A stretch of DNA of 63,820 nt, counting the filler, from Octopus bimaculoides (lineage: Eukaryota), in assembly GCF_001194135.2 (NCBI RefSeq). It is 7 parts of 7 records of this genome, joined end to end, with 100 filler letters (N's around TTAATTAATTAA, not from the genome) between each part and the next. Parts side by side here need not be neighbours in the genome. Positions count along the whole stretch, not along the records: positions 14,462 to 41,293 come from NC_068981.1; 6 more parts are not named here. One strand, given 5' to 3'. Positions within the stretch are counted from its first letter, which is position 1; every line of letters begins with the position of its first letter. The notes under the pieces are model-generated. The model saw nothing but the letters and a program-made list of their open reading frames with translations, ran no database searches and had not been told where the DNA came from. The translations under genes and the position numbers were made by a program. Below are positions 25,003-35,779 of this stretch, piece by piece.

Positions 25003-25845
25003 GTGTATAATATTGTCCCACTGAATATGGTCAATAATATTCTAAAACGCCACTGGGTAGAAAACGATATCAGTGCACTGATATACGCTTGGTACACTCA
25101 CCATAACGATTGTGTAAAAGCTAATGCCTTCGGTAAAATCGCAGAAAAAATTGCGTCACAATCCTTTTACAGATCTGTAAAACAGATCGAAAACAAAATA
25201 AAAGAAATCACAAGATCATTTCATACTTTACACAGGCACATGGCAACACTAGAAGCCATACTTGTCAACGGATGTAGTTCACCAACTGAACCAACTCCAA
25301 CAGGTCAGGGGTCACTTCAACGATCCCCTAGCCAGCAACAAACAACATCCTCATTGATATCGCTATCTGACCTAATCCCACCCAACATTACCGTGGCAAG
25401 CCAGGACTCACTACCACAACAATAACAGCCTGCTACTGCTACTACATTGGAAACACCTTGTTTGGCACCACTATCTGATCTGATTCCACTCAGCACTACT
25501 GTTGCAAGTCAAATTTCACTGCCGCTACAGCAACAACAACAACAACAACAACAGTCACCTACTGCTACTACAATAGGACCACTGACCAACGAGACTGCCA
25601 TTATAGAAAAACCTCTACTATGCCCACGTTGAATATCCTGTCGTTACCATTCTGAAGGCAACTGTAGATTTGGCCCCAGCGGCAGCAACAGGGGACGCTG
25701 TGCTTTTTTCCATCCTACCTTATGCCGTAGACTTGTTAAGGGCACCTTTTTATATGGTATAACGGGAAAAACTGCCCTCACATCCACCCCAAATACTGCC
25801 CTAAATACAGAGTCCATGGCCCGAATCATGAATGGATGTTGTTTT
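25003..25845 (+). pseudogene. Disrupted ORF: Myb/SANT-like trihelix domain, Q/T/P-rich repeat linker, tandem CCCH zinc fingers (possibly a LINE ORF1)
   Basis: KRHWVENDISALIYAW..FGKIAEKIASQSFYRSVKQIENKIKEITRSF; stops at 25423 and 25630; CRYHSEGNCRFGPSGSNRGRCAFFHP / CRRLVKG..GKNCPHIHP / CPKYRVHG with a frameshift near 25757. Confidence 0.7.
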
Positions 25846-27816
25846 CCTAGCAATAATGCTATTCGCATACATTAGTCGTTCCAGTTATCACGATTTCTTG
25901 CACTTCCTGTAGGGATGGTATGCCTAGTATCATTTTCAAATAGGTTTCAGTACCTTTCTTTTTATCATTCTTAGAGATCCTCCAATCACTGGTAGTCGCC
26001 TTGAGATGCCACATTTTTTCAATTCTTATTAGCACATCTTTATATTTACTGATCTTGTCAAATTCTTTCGCCGCTATATTATGATCGCAAGAAATACTCA
26101 TGTCAATTAATAAATACATCTTTGTCTGATCTTTTGTGATATCNNNNNNNNNNACATCTTTGTCTGATCTTTTGTGATATCCGGTTTATTAGTTCAGTGG
26201 GAAAAAGGTTATTCTCTGTTATAAACGTATATGTTTCTCCACTAGAATAGACGTCAAAATCTTATAGGTAGTAGACAAACATATTATAAACCGGTAGATT
26301 TTTGGGTCTTTGGTTTCCTTATATTTGGAGAGGAGGTAAGTAACACCATTTGCCATCCAACTGGGAGGTTTTTTTTCGGGTATTTCATAATACTATTAAA
26401 TAGTATTACTAACATTTTGTGTGCGGATGAGAGTGATGATAGCCAGAAATATGGTACTCTATCAATACCAGGGAATTTCCGCTTATGAGCCTTCGTTAGT
26501 GCCTTTCTTAGGTCGGCGATTGAGATGTCTTCCCATACCTGTTTTTGTAGATTTTTGTAGGCATCTTGGGTGCGTTTGATCCTGTCTGCATTTTCATTGT
26601 ATGGTCCCTCATCACTCCAGATCCCTTTCCAAAAGTTTTCAACTTCTTCCATTAGGGGTGGATTTTCAATTGTTATTTTTTCTTGTCCTATTTCCCTGTA
26701 AAATGATTTGGCATTGGATTGGAACATCTTATTTTGCTTGTAGAATTTGATTCTTTTTCTCAATCTGCGTGTTCTCTGAGCTTTTGCTGGATCTTTTTGT
26801 TTAAGTGTTTCATTCGCTGGCATTAGTTCTCTTGTTGAAAGTCCATATTTTCTCACGATCTTCCTGCCTTTTTTTTTTTTNNNNNNNNNNCTTTTTTGGG
26901 TGTTAAAACAGCGTCTTTCGATTACCTTAGCAACAGAGTAAATAATTTCATTTAACTTATTAAGATCGGGTTTTAGTTCTTATATGATTTCTTGTGAAAC
27001 GCAGTTGCCAATTTTTATTTGGTTTATTTTGGTGTGCATTTGAGATTTAATGGAGTGGTTTCCTATTATTCATATCTGTATGTCCTACAACTGCAAGCTC
27101 ATTCAGAACTTTCTGCTTCATTTCAATGATAGATTTTCTGTTTTTTAGTAAATATGTGGTCTTCAAATTCTGTTTCGACATCACTTTTCCTGGCTGTTTT
27201 TTCTAGGGTCATTATATTTTCGTTTTTCTTCAGGCTCTTGAGTGGTATCGGCAGATGGTTGCCTTTCAGTCAATGCTTGTGGCCCAACACTTCTCTCCTC
27301 TGCTTCGTTATTTCTTTCCTGACTTATATTTAGGTCATTCTCTACCACATTTTTTTAATAGAGGTTAATTCAGCATCTGTGAGTCTGGTATTTCTGAAGA
27401 TATCTCTTCTAACATTTGCCAATCTGTTTTCATTCAGGTTTGGTCTGCTAGCTGGCTTCCGGCTCCTCCAAATTCTGTAGGAGTTTGCGGTGTGTTTCTC
27501 TTGTGTTGGTGTACTTAATGGAAAGTAATGAGCGTATATTACTTCTTTATATTCTTCCTGGTTCCATTTAGTTCTTTTGCATTTTTGATTTTGTGGTCGT
27601 TGTGGTGGTGAACTTTGGGGGCTTAATTTGGGACAAATCCCGTTTAAGTGACCTTCCATGTTCGTATTCGGGGAAGAAACTCTGCCATCTGAAATTTTGT
27701 TGCCGTCAGGCTGACAGCCTCCTTACAGGCACGCTTCCAGAATAACCATTGGACAAGCGATTCGGTGTACTGTTTGAAAAGTTAAATTATTATTAAATTT
27801 TAATTTTAAAAAAAAC
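25845..27816 (-). mobile_element. R4/Dong-like (restriction-like endonuclease) non-LTR retrotransposon, internally deleted, 3' UTR missing
   Basis: N-terminus KRTKWNQEEYKEV..NENRLANVRRDI; pre-RT/RT start YKQNKMFQSNAKSFYREI..VENFWKGIW..FPGIDRVPYFWL..; RLE end PDITKD..LLIDMSISCDHNIAAKEFDKISKYKDV..EIVITGT. Confidence 0.88.
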
Positions 27817-28488
27817 NNNNNNNNNNNNNNNNNNNNNNNNNNNNNNNNNNNNNNNNNNNNNNNNNNNNNNNNNNNNNNNNNNNNNNNNNNNNNNNNNNNN
27901 NNNNNNNNNNNNNNNNNNNNNNNNNNNNNNNNNNNNNNNNNNNNNNNNNNNNNNNNNNNNNNNNNNNNNNNNNNNNNNNNNNNNNNNNNNNNNNNNNNNN
28001 NNNNNNNNNNNNNNNNNNNNNNNNNNNNNNNNNNNNNNNNNNNNNNNNNNNNNNNNNNNNNNNNNNNNNNNNNNNNNNNNNNNNNNNNNNNNNNNNNNNN
28101 NNNNNNNNNNNNNNNNNNNNNNNNNNNNNNNNNNNNNNNNNNNNNNNNNNNNNNNNNNNNNNNNNNNNNNNNNNNNNNNNNNNNNNNNNNNNNNNNNNNN
28201 NNNNNNNNNNNNNNNNNNNNNNNNNNNNNNNNNNNNNNNNNNNNNNNNNNNNNNNNNNNNNNNNNNNNNNNNNNNNNNNNNNNNNNNNNNNNNNNNNNNN
28301 NNNNNNNNNNNNNNNNNNNNNNNNNNNNNNNNNNNNNNNNNNNNNNNNNNNNNNNNNNNNNNNNNNNNNNNNNNNNNNNNNNNNNNNNNNNNNNNNNNNN
28401 NNNNNNNNNNNNNNNNNNNNNNNNNNNNNNNNNNNNNNNNNNNNNNNNNNNNNNNNNNNNNNNNNNNNNNNNNNNNNNNNNNNNNNNN

Positions 28489-28615
28489 CTGCTGCTGCCA
28501 CTACTACTATCATTACCACTGCCGCTGCTGCTTTTGACAGTGATGTTGCTGCTGCTACTACAACTACTGGTGGTGGTGGTGGTGTTGCTACTGCTGCTGC
28601 TGCTTATGATGATAA
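28489..28615. repeat. (GCT/ACT/GGT)n trinucleotide tract
   Basis: Direct. Confidence 0.85.
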
Positions 28616-28747
28616 CTGTGGCCGCTGTATGAAGATAAGTGGTTTAAAAAATACATAAAAATAAAATAGATAAATAAATATGTTTTTTTTTTAAATTAAA
28701 ATTTAATAATAATTTAACTTTTCAAACAGTACACCGAATCGCTTGTT

Positions 28748-30600
28748 AGGTTTGGTAAGTTATTACCAGTTGTACATACCTAAAACGTATGAGCTAAGAG
28801 CTCCGTTGAATAAGTTGCTAAATAAGGACACGAAATGGAGCTGGACAAACGAATGTCAGAAATCATTCGAGGAATTAAAGAAAGTGTTTAATATCAGAGT
28901 TATCATTAACTCATTTAGACCCAAATCTGAAAATAATTGTAGCATCGGATGCCAGTGAATATAGTATAGGAGCTGTGATATTGCATACATTTAATGATAG
29001 TAAAATCAAAGCTATTGCACATGCATCAAGAATTCTAATACCAGCGGAAAGAAATTAGAGCCAGATTGAAACAGAGGCGGTATCATTAATCTTCACAGTA
29101 AAAAAAAAATACATAAATTCTTACATGGGAGGAAGTTTACACTGCAAACGGATCACCGACCGTTATTGTCTATTCTTGGTTCGAAGAAGGTTATCCCCAC
29201 GCACTCAGCAAACCGCTTACAGCGCAGGGGGACTTCTCTGTTGAACTACGGTTTCCAGATGGAGTTTTTGCCATCAATTAAAATGGGACACGCACACGAA
29301 TTGTCAAGGCTAATTCCAAAATATGAAGAACCTTCTGAAGACATGGGGACTACATCGTTAAAACTAGAAAAGGAACTGAAGAACATTTTGTGCGATGTAG
29401 TACGTGATTTGCCTGTAACGCTGGAAGAAATTCAATTGAAATCGGAAAATGATAGTTTCATAAATAAGATTTTAAAAATGTTGTGTAACACGAAAAATAT
29501 AAATGAGCGGGACGCAGGTTCAAAGCACTATTCAGTATGTGGTGAGGTATTATTATATGCACAAAGAGTTGTAATACCTGAAGCACTGCAAAACAGAGTA
29601 TTAAAAGACATTCATGTAGAACATCTGGGGATTGTCCGGATGAAGAGCATTATGGGAATTACGATTTTTGGCCAGATATGGACAAGGAAATTGAGAGAAT
29701 GGTAATACAGTGTAGGGGATATGCTATAGCAGCAAAGACGCCCCCAGTACTGATTCAGCCGTGGTCAAAAACGGATTGGGCTTGCTCTAGACTACATGTG
29801 GATTTCGCAGGACCAATAAATGGCTCTCATTATGTCACCGTGGTGGATAGTTATTCCAAATGGCCTGAAGTGTATAAATGTTCAAGTGTGACTACTGACT
29901 TCTTGGAAGAACTGTTCGCTGGTTATGGAGTGCCATATACGATCCCGTCAGATAATGGTACACAACTCACGGCGAAGGAGTCCGAAAGATTCTGTAAGTC
30001 GGTTCAGATGAAGCATGTGTTAACTCCGCCATACCATCCAAGGTCAAATAGGTTATCGGAAAGATTCGTCGACAGATTCTAGAGAGCCTTACGGAAGACC
30101 AGACGGGAAATCCTTGAAGATACAAATATGACGACGTTTTTGCAGGTGTATAGAATAACACCGAATCCAAATGCAGAGTCGGGTAGGTCACTCGCAGATT
30201 TGATGTTTTCCAGAAAAATTCGTTCTATTTTTTTTTTTATGGTTGCTGAACAGGAAACAGAAAATAGAAAATTCTGGAAGTAAAACGAAGTTTTTTAACA
30301 GAAGTGAGAAAGTGTATTTTAAAATAAATAGTAACGAAAACAGAACTGGGAACAAGGAAGTATAACTGGACATCTGGGTAACGTGATGTACATGGTAAAA
30401 GGACCAAAATATGAACACATAAGGCATTTAAACTAATTTAAAAAAAGATATACCAAAAGTCAAGAGAGGTGAGAAGAACCATTTATGGTATGATTTGTTC
30501 GAGGTCCCAGAACCACAAGCAAAAGCAGAACCGATACGTAGGTCGAACAGGAAGAGAAAACCCACAGAAACGATGGAAATTAACGCTAAGAGAAGAAAAT
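28748..30600 (+). mobile_element. Ty3/Gypsy LTR retrotransposon pol remnant (RT end, RNase H, integrase)
   Basis: LGLVSYY..LRAPLNKLL..SFEELKK; [35 protein letters not shown]; H2C2-like region HLGIVRMKS..C; RLHVDFAGP..VVDSYSKWPEV..SDNGTQ..PYHPRSN..ERFV. The RT-RH-IN order indicates Gypsy. Confidence 0.95.
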
Positions 30601-30654
30601 ATGCCAGTTTCTAACCGAGGAAATAAAATTGATAAATTCGGGTCTAAAAAACAC

Positions 30655-30782
30655 AAAAAGGGGGAGGTGTTGTTTCGACGACCCCAGATGATGAAGTAGG
30701 CTAGCCCAATACCTAGATATAGAGGGAGAAGTCTAGACGTCGGGGTAGTTGAGGAGAGGTCATCCGAACATGTGATATAACA
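30655..30782 (+). mobile_element. Gypsy polypurine tract (30655-30667) and start of the 3' LTR (TGTTGT from 30668, possible end AACA at 30782)
   Basis: AAAAAGGGGGAGG immediately followed by TG, directly downstream of the integrase. Confidence 0.65.
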
Positions 30783-31830
30783 ATATAGGGTAAAGAATTA
30801 TTAATTTAATAATTGATAATTATACCAAGGAGTTCCATATAGAAAAAAAAACATTATCGGTAAATACCTATAGAATTTTTTTAATTTTTTATAATTATAA
30901 ACATAATTAAGGGATCAGCAAAAGTTGTTTCACCACATACCGAAATTTAGAAATAGCAGGATCGGTGAGATAGTAAAAGATGAGAAGGTAAGGAGCGAAT
31001 AAGTGTGAGATGTGTGAGTAGGGGTGATATGGTAGAGCTGCGCTAAGTGATAGGTACAGAAAACGTATGGGTAGGGTGTTACCAAAGCAAGTAGTAATTT
31101 TAGTCGTAAATAACTTTTTTCCCCATCCCTTAATGTTGCTCTACCATATCACCCCTATTCACACATCTCACACTTATTAACTCCTTAACTTCTCATTTCT
31201 TATCCTTCCCCCACTCCTCGCCTATCCTCCCCTCACATTAGCTTGACCACCAACTAACACTCCTTTTCTCACTTCCTTCACTCATTCTTCACTTCTTTTT
31301 CTCACATTTTTTCATTCTTTTCTTTTTTCTCTCTCTTTTTCTCTCTTTCTTCCTCTCAGTTTTTCTTCGAGTTTTCAATTTGACCGATTTCCTCATTCTA
31401 AACATACACATCTCTCCATCTATCCACAAGTACTACCAATACATTCTCAAATTTTCATTCACACCACAAGACACTTTCGAACGAGCAACACACAATCCAC
31501 AGCTCCATACTTTGAAATGACTAAACATGACCTACTATTGGAACTTACATACCATGTATAGGAAACGTTTTACCACTTCTATACACCACTTTCCTCGAAT
31601 AATAGAACTGCAACTATAAAATATTTATATATTTGATATTTCTATTTCTACTTTCATCTTCTTATATTCCTTTTCCATAGTAATTCCTTATTTTGAACTC
31701 AAATATTTGCCTCTATTTAACCATCTCATATCGTCTCTGATGAAGGGATATCCATAATATCCCAGAAACAGCTGTAAGACTTTTCTATATCCGTTTCCTT
31801 ATAAATGCCCTGAAAACGTCTCACAGCATT
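30783..31830 (+). mobile_element. Probable PLE terminal remnant with an internal 58-bp inverted repeat and a hammerhead motif
   Basis: IR 30981-31038 / 31138-31195; weak ORF remnant QDTFERA near 31470; hammerhead core at 31737. Confidence 0.5.
31733..31780 (+). ncRNA. Minimal type-I hammerhead ribozyme motif
   Basis: GUCU-CUGAUGA-A-GGGAUAU(ccaua)AUAUCCC-A-GAAAC-AGCU-GUA|AGAC. Stems I, II and III all pair; there is one extra A before GAAA. Confidence 0.65.
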
Positions 31831-32605
31831 GGCTTTGTAATCTCATTTTGTCTAATATAGGTGTGCGTGTATGTATGTATGTATGTATGTATGCATGGAT
31901 GCAAGTATGCATGTATGTATAAATGTATGTATGTATGGAGATGACTCTCTCAGTATTTCTTAAGTAATAATGATTAAAATCTATCGAAATACATTGAGAT
32001 AGAGAGAGAGAGTATTATAGTCATATGCCGTTAATTACCTATTATTTGTTTTCTGTAAACTTACAAATTTACTGTGTTATATGTTCCAAGTATTTATTAA
32101 GTCGATAATTATAATTATATCTTTTTCTTATTTCTAGCCATATAAATTAATCTTCTAAGTCATTGTAGGTGAACATTAATAATTGATTCTACAGCATCTC
32201 ATCAACTCATTGATATTGTTGCAAATTTCATCTCACTAATGTATACGAGGGAACGTCACTTATATTTCACTTCGTACGTTGATTGTGATATGTTAGTAAT
32301 ACTAACTAACATGTGGTGTGTCTCACCTACTCAGTTATCATCCGTTATATATGAGGTAACTGTATCTACTGCATGTTTTAAAATGCATCAGCAATTGCCG
32401 CCACCACATAGGAATATAGAGAGTTCGTATTGATGATTTCAAAAGTGATGTATTAAGTGAGTATTTTCCAATAAAAAGAAATATGCATAGGTTAAATGTC
32501 TTTTTGGAGAAATAATGATCTATTTAAAATAAAATACTATAACAACAAACTTGTTCATTTGAGCACTACAAAAGCAAATTACAAACGCCAACACATATAA
32601 GCACA

Positions 32606-32636
<31 letters not shown>

Positions 32637-33316
32637 TCTAGTGCAAACAAACTACTTGAAGACGCCTTGTTTACCTTTATTTTATATCATCGTATCTAAT
32701 CCACTTATAGCATAAATGCATAAGTACACATTTGGAATTCATCTGGAATACGCTGGTAAAACATGTGTTTGTATGCATGCTTTTATATGTTTTTTTTTTC
32801 AAACCAGGTGTTCGCTCACAGATTTTTTCCAAATACTACACAGCCTTTCTTATCATGAAAGATTGTATTGTGGTATTAGATCAGATTCATTGCTGTGGGA
32901 TTGCATCATGTAGCAGGTGTAGACATCTACAACAAATACTGCGTTTCTAACTCTTAATCTCACTTGGTGCATCCATGATAACGTCATTCTCAAAGTAGAC
33001 AACAGGATTGCGAGACTGTCGCAGTTTCGTGCTGGTTGGCTCGTGTTCAGTCATGAGCACCTGGTCCCCAGAGAGATAGCCAGAGTTCGCTTCAGTCAGT
33101 TATATATTGTAAACAAAGTGACCATCAGTCCCTGATTTGCAACAAGCAACGTATCAAGTTCTAAATGTCTCAAGAAGTGATCAGAGTAGTAACTATACTA
33201 ACCAGTAAAGTTAATCGTCACATAAACGTAGCTGTTCCTTGTTACTACTAGTTTAACCCAGGTAGGTATTCTGGTAGCTGGTTATCGGTGCACTTGGCAT
33301 CCTGTAAACACATATA

Positions 33317-34766
33317 CAGACTTCACAAAAATTATCGGGCAGATATGAACAGATAGAGAATATGAGTAAAACGTATTCACATAATAATTGAAAACAATAT
33401 GATAAACATTCTTGAGCGTATCCCATCAGTAATTAGTATTGTATATATTTTCATTTTGCTTTTATAACCTCCTTAACGTGTGTTTGCATTTTTTTCACAA
33501 GTGGTTCGGGCAATTTTCTGCCATTCAATGTGTGATACTTAAAGCTTTTCCATTTCTTCAGAGAATATCTTATTGTTAACATACCAGTGGTTAATCTTTG
33601 TTCAAATATCCTCGAAGAAACAGATTTCTGAAGCTCAAAAGGCTGGAATCATTACGTTCTTCATTCAGTAATGGATTATCCCAAGTCAAAGTTGAAAAAA
33701 AAGTAGAAATGCTCGAGAAACGGTATCCAAGCAGCCATCAAAAGGGACAATGAGACTGATTCTTTCAAAAACCATTATGGTCAAGCTTGCAAAACGTTTA
33801 CAATCCCGAGAGAAGAAAGGTTGCTGAAGAGGACATTTCTGGTCGATAGGAAAAAAAACCTCTTCTGACGTAGCCGCTGAGCTTCGATGGGCAACAAAGA
33901 TATATCAAGTCGGACAGTGAGAAGAAGGTTATTAGAAGCTGGGCTCAAATGTTGTTAAGCTAGAAAGATACCGTGGCTGTCTGAGGTAAGCAAGAAGCGA
34001 TTGTCTTGGGCAAAAGGGCATGAAGATCTGACTAATGATGATTGGATAAAGTTGCTTGGTTCGATAAAAGCAAGTTTATGGTAGGTTCTACATATTAGTT
34101 ACCACCAATTTATTAGGCATAACTGAATTTATTATGCCTGTACACATTTTTTTCTTGGATACCAAAATGACCAGTAAAATTTGTATTTCTTCTCAGAGTT
34201 TTCAATCCCTTGGAGATGTTTATGTTTGTCAAGTGTTGGGTAAGCTTATAATCCTAAATGTGTTATCCCAACAATCAAATTTGGAGGTAGTAGCGTAATG
34301 GCTTGGGGTGAATGTCGTCTTCAGGCCGTGGACTGTTATCCACTTGTGAGGGCAGAATGAATTCCAACACTTGCACCAGCATCATAGACAAATGTTTATC
34401 AACCTTCGTTAGGTAAAATCTTCAACGATAATATACCAGTTGTCTAATCTTCCAACAAGATAATGTTCCATGCTACACATCCAGAGTCTCAATGGGTTGG
34501 TTTGGAGAGAAAGAGGTGAGTTTGATGGAATGACGCCCTGAATCTCTAGGCTTCAACACCATTGTACACTTACGGTCACACTTGGGCACAAGCGTGAGGA
34601 TGCACAAATGGTCTTCAAATAGTGAATTAACACCCAAATTTCATGAAGAGTGGCAGAAAACTGAGCCAACAACTTAGTCTCAAGCATGCAAAGACGCATG
34701 GAAACTGGTATAAAAACAAAAGGACACATCAAATATCAATTATTGATAAAATATACTAAAAAATAC

Positions 34767-34807
<41 letters not shown>

Positions 34808-34879
34808 TCAGTTATGAAATAACTGAGTTTTAAGCATATTCTCATTTTCATACCTGCCCCATAATTTTGGCGAAAACTG
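33317..34879 (+). mobile_element. Full-length decayed Tc1-family transposon (1563 bp) flanked by TA
   Basis: TIRs CAGACTTCACAAAAATTATCGGGCAG.. / ..CTGCCCATAATTTTGGCGAAAACTG, each flanked by TA. Transposase fragments RRLLEAGL, DDWIK..DKSKF, KFGGSSVMAWG, IFQQDNVPCYTS. Confidence 0.9.
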
Positions 34880-35062
34880 TATATTTCTAGCAATATATAT
34901 GCCGCCATCTGCGCACATTAATTATATACGTACATACATACATACACACATACACACATACATACATACATACATACATACATACATACATACATACATA
35001 CATACGTGTGTGTGTCTGTGTGTGTGTGTCTGTGCGTGTCTCTGTGTGTGTGNNNNNNNNNN

Positions 35063-35124
<62 letters not shown>

Positions 35125-35249
35125 TTTCAACCAGAAATCCGTAGAAAAAGTTACCAGGATAGCCAAATGTAACATAAGCACTTTAAGATATTATTAACCT
35201 GACATACATTGGTAATAATTCCAAGGAGAATTGAGGTGTGCTTTGGACA

Positions 35250-35647
35250 ATATAAGAGAAAAGGAAAATGGAGACAAACGCACAATATACTATTTAAATC
35301 ATTTATATCATAGACATATATGTTTCGATGGATATATTGAAATTAATCTGAGAAGAAAAATAAGGTGAAATAATGTATCGTTCTCATCAGGGAGGAGATT
35401 ATAAATAGCATTGTTCAGTAATAAGACATTTTAACGTATGGCTTATTAATGAACTATTATTTTCGTAAAAATGGCTTATTAATAAACACTGTTATTTATA
35501 ATCTCCTCCCTGATGAGATCGAGACAATATTCCACGTTTTTTTCCTCCCGGTTTAATTTTAATGCATCGATCGAAAGATAAATGTCGGTGACATAAATTA
35601 TTTAAATAACACCTTGTGCGTTTGTCCCCATTTTCCATTTGTCATAT
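35250..35647. mobile_element. Foldback / MITE-like element, about 400 bp
   Basis: Arms GGAAAATGGAGACAAACGCACAA..CTCATCAGGGAGGAGATTATAAATA and TATTTATAATCTCCTCCCTGATGAG..TTGTGCGTTTGTCCCCATTTTCC are reverse complements along their length. Confidence 0.75.
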
Positions 35648-35654
35648 ATACATA

Positions 35655-35700
35655 CAGTAGTACCTCGGTTCTCGAACACCTCTAATCACGAATAAATCGT
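35655..35700 (+). mobile_element. Possible pogo/Tigger-like TIR fragment
   Basis: TA + CAGTAGTACCTCGGTTCTCGAAC resembles Tigger-type termini; no partner TIR seen. Confidence 0.4.
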
Positions 35701-35745
35701 ACTTCATCTACTGTTTTTCTCATATTTGATATAGGAGTACCTCAG

Positions 35746-35779
<34 letters not shown>

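Noticed and set aside
26116-26181. 28-bp direct repeat around a 10-N gap (similar case at 24590-24690)
   Set aside because: Typical unmerged contig overlap, not a TSD.
32950-33100. Protein-like minus-strand frame LTEANSGYLSGDQVLM..NPVVYFENDVIMDAPSEIKS
   Set aside because: Bounded upstream by an in-frame stop with no convincing acceptor; no recognisable homology.
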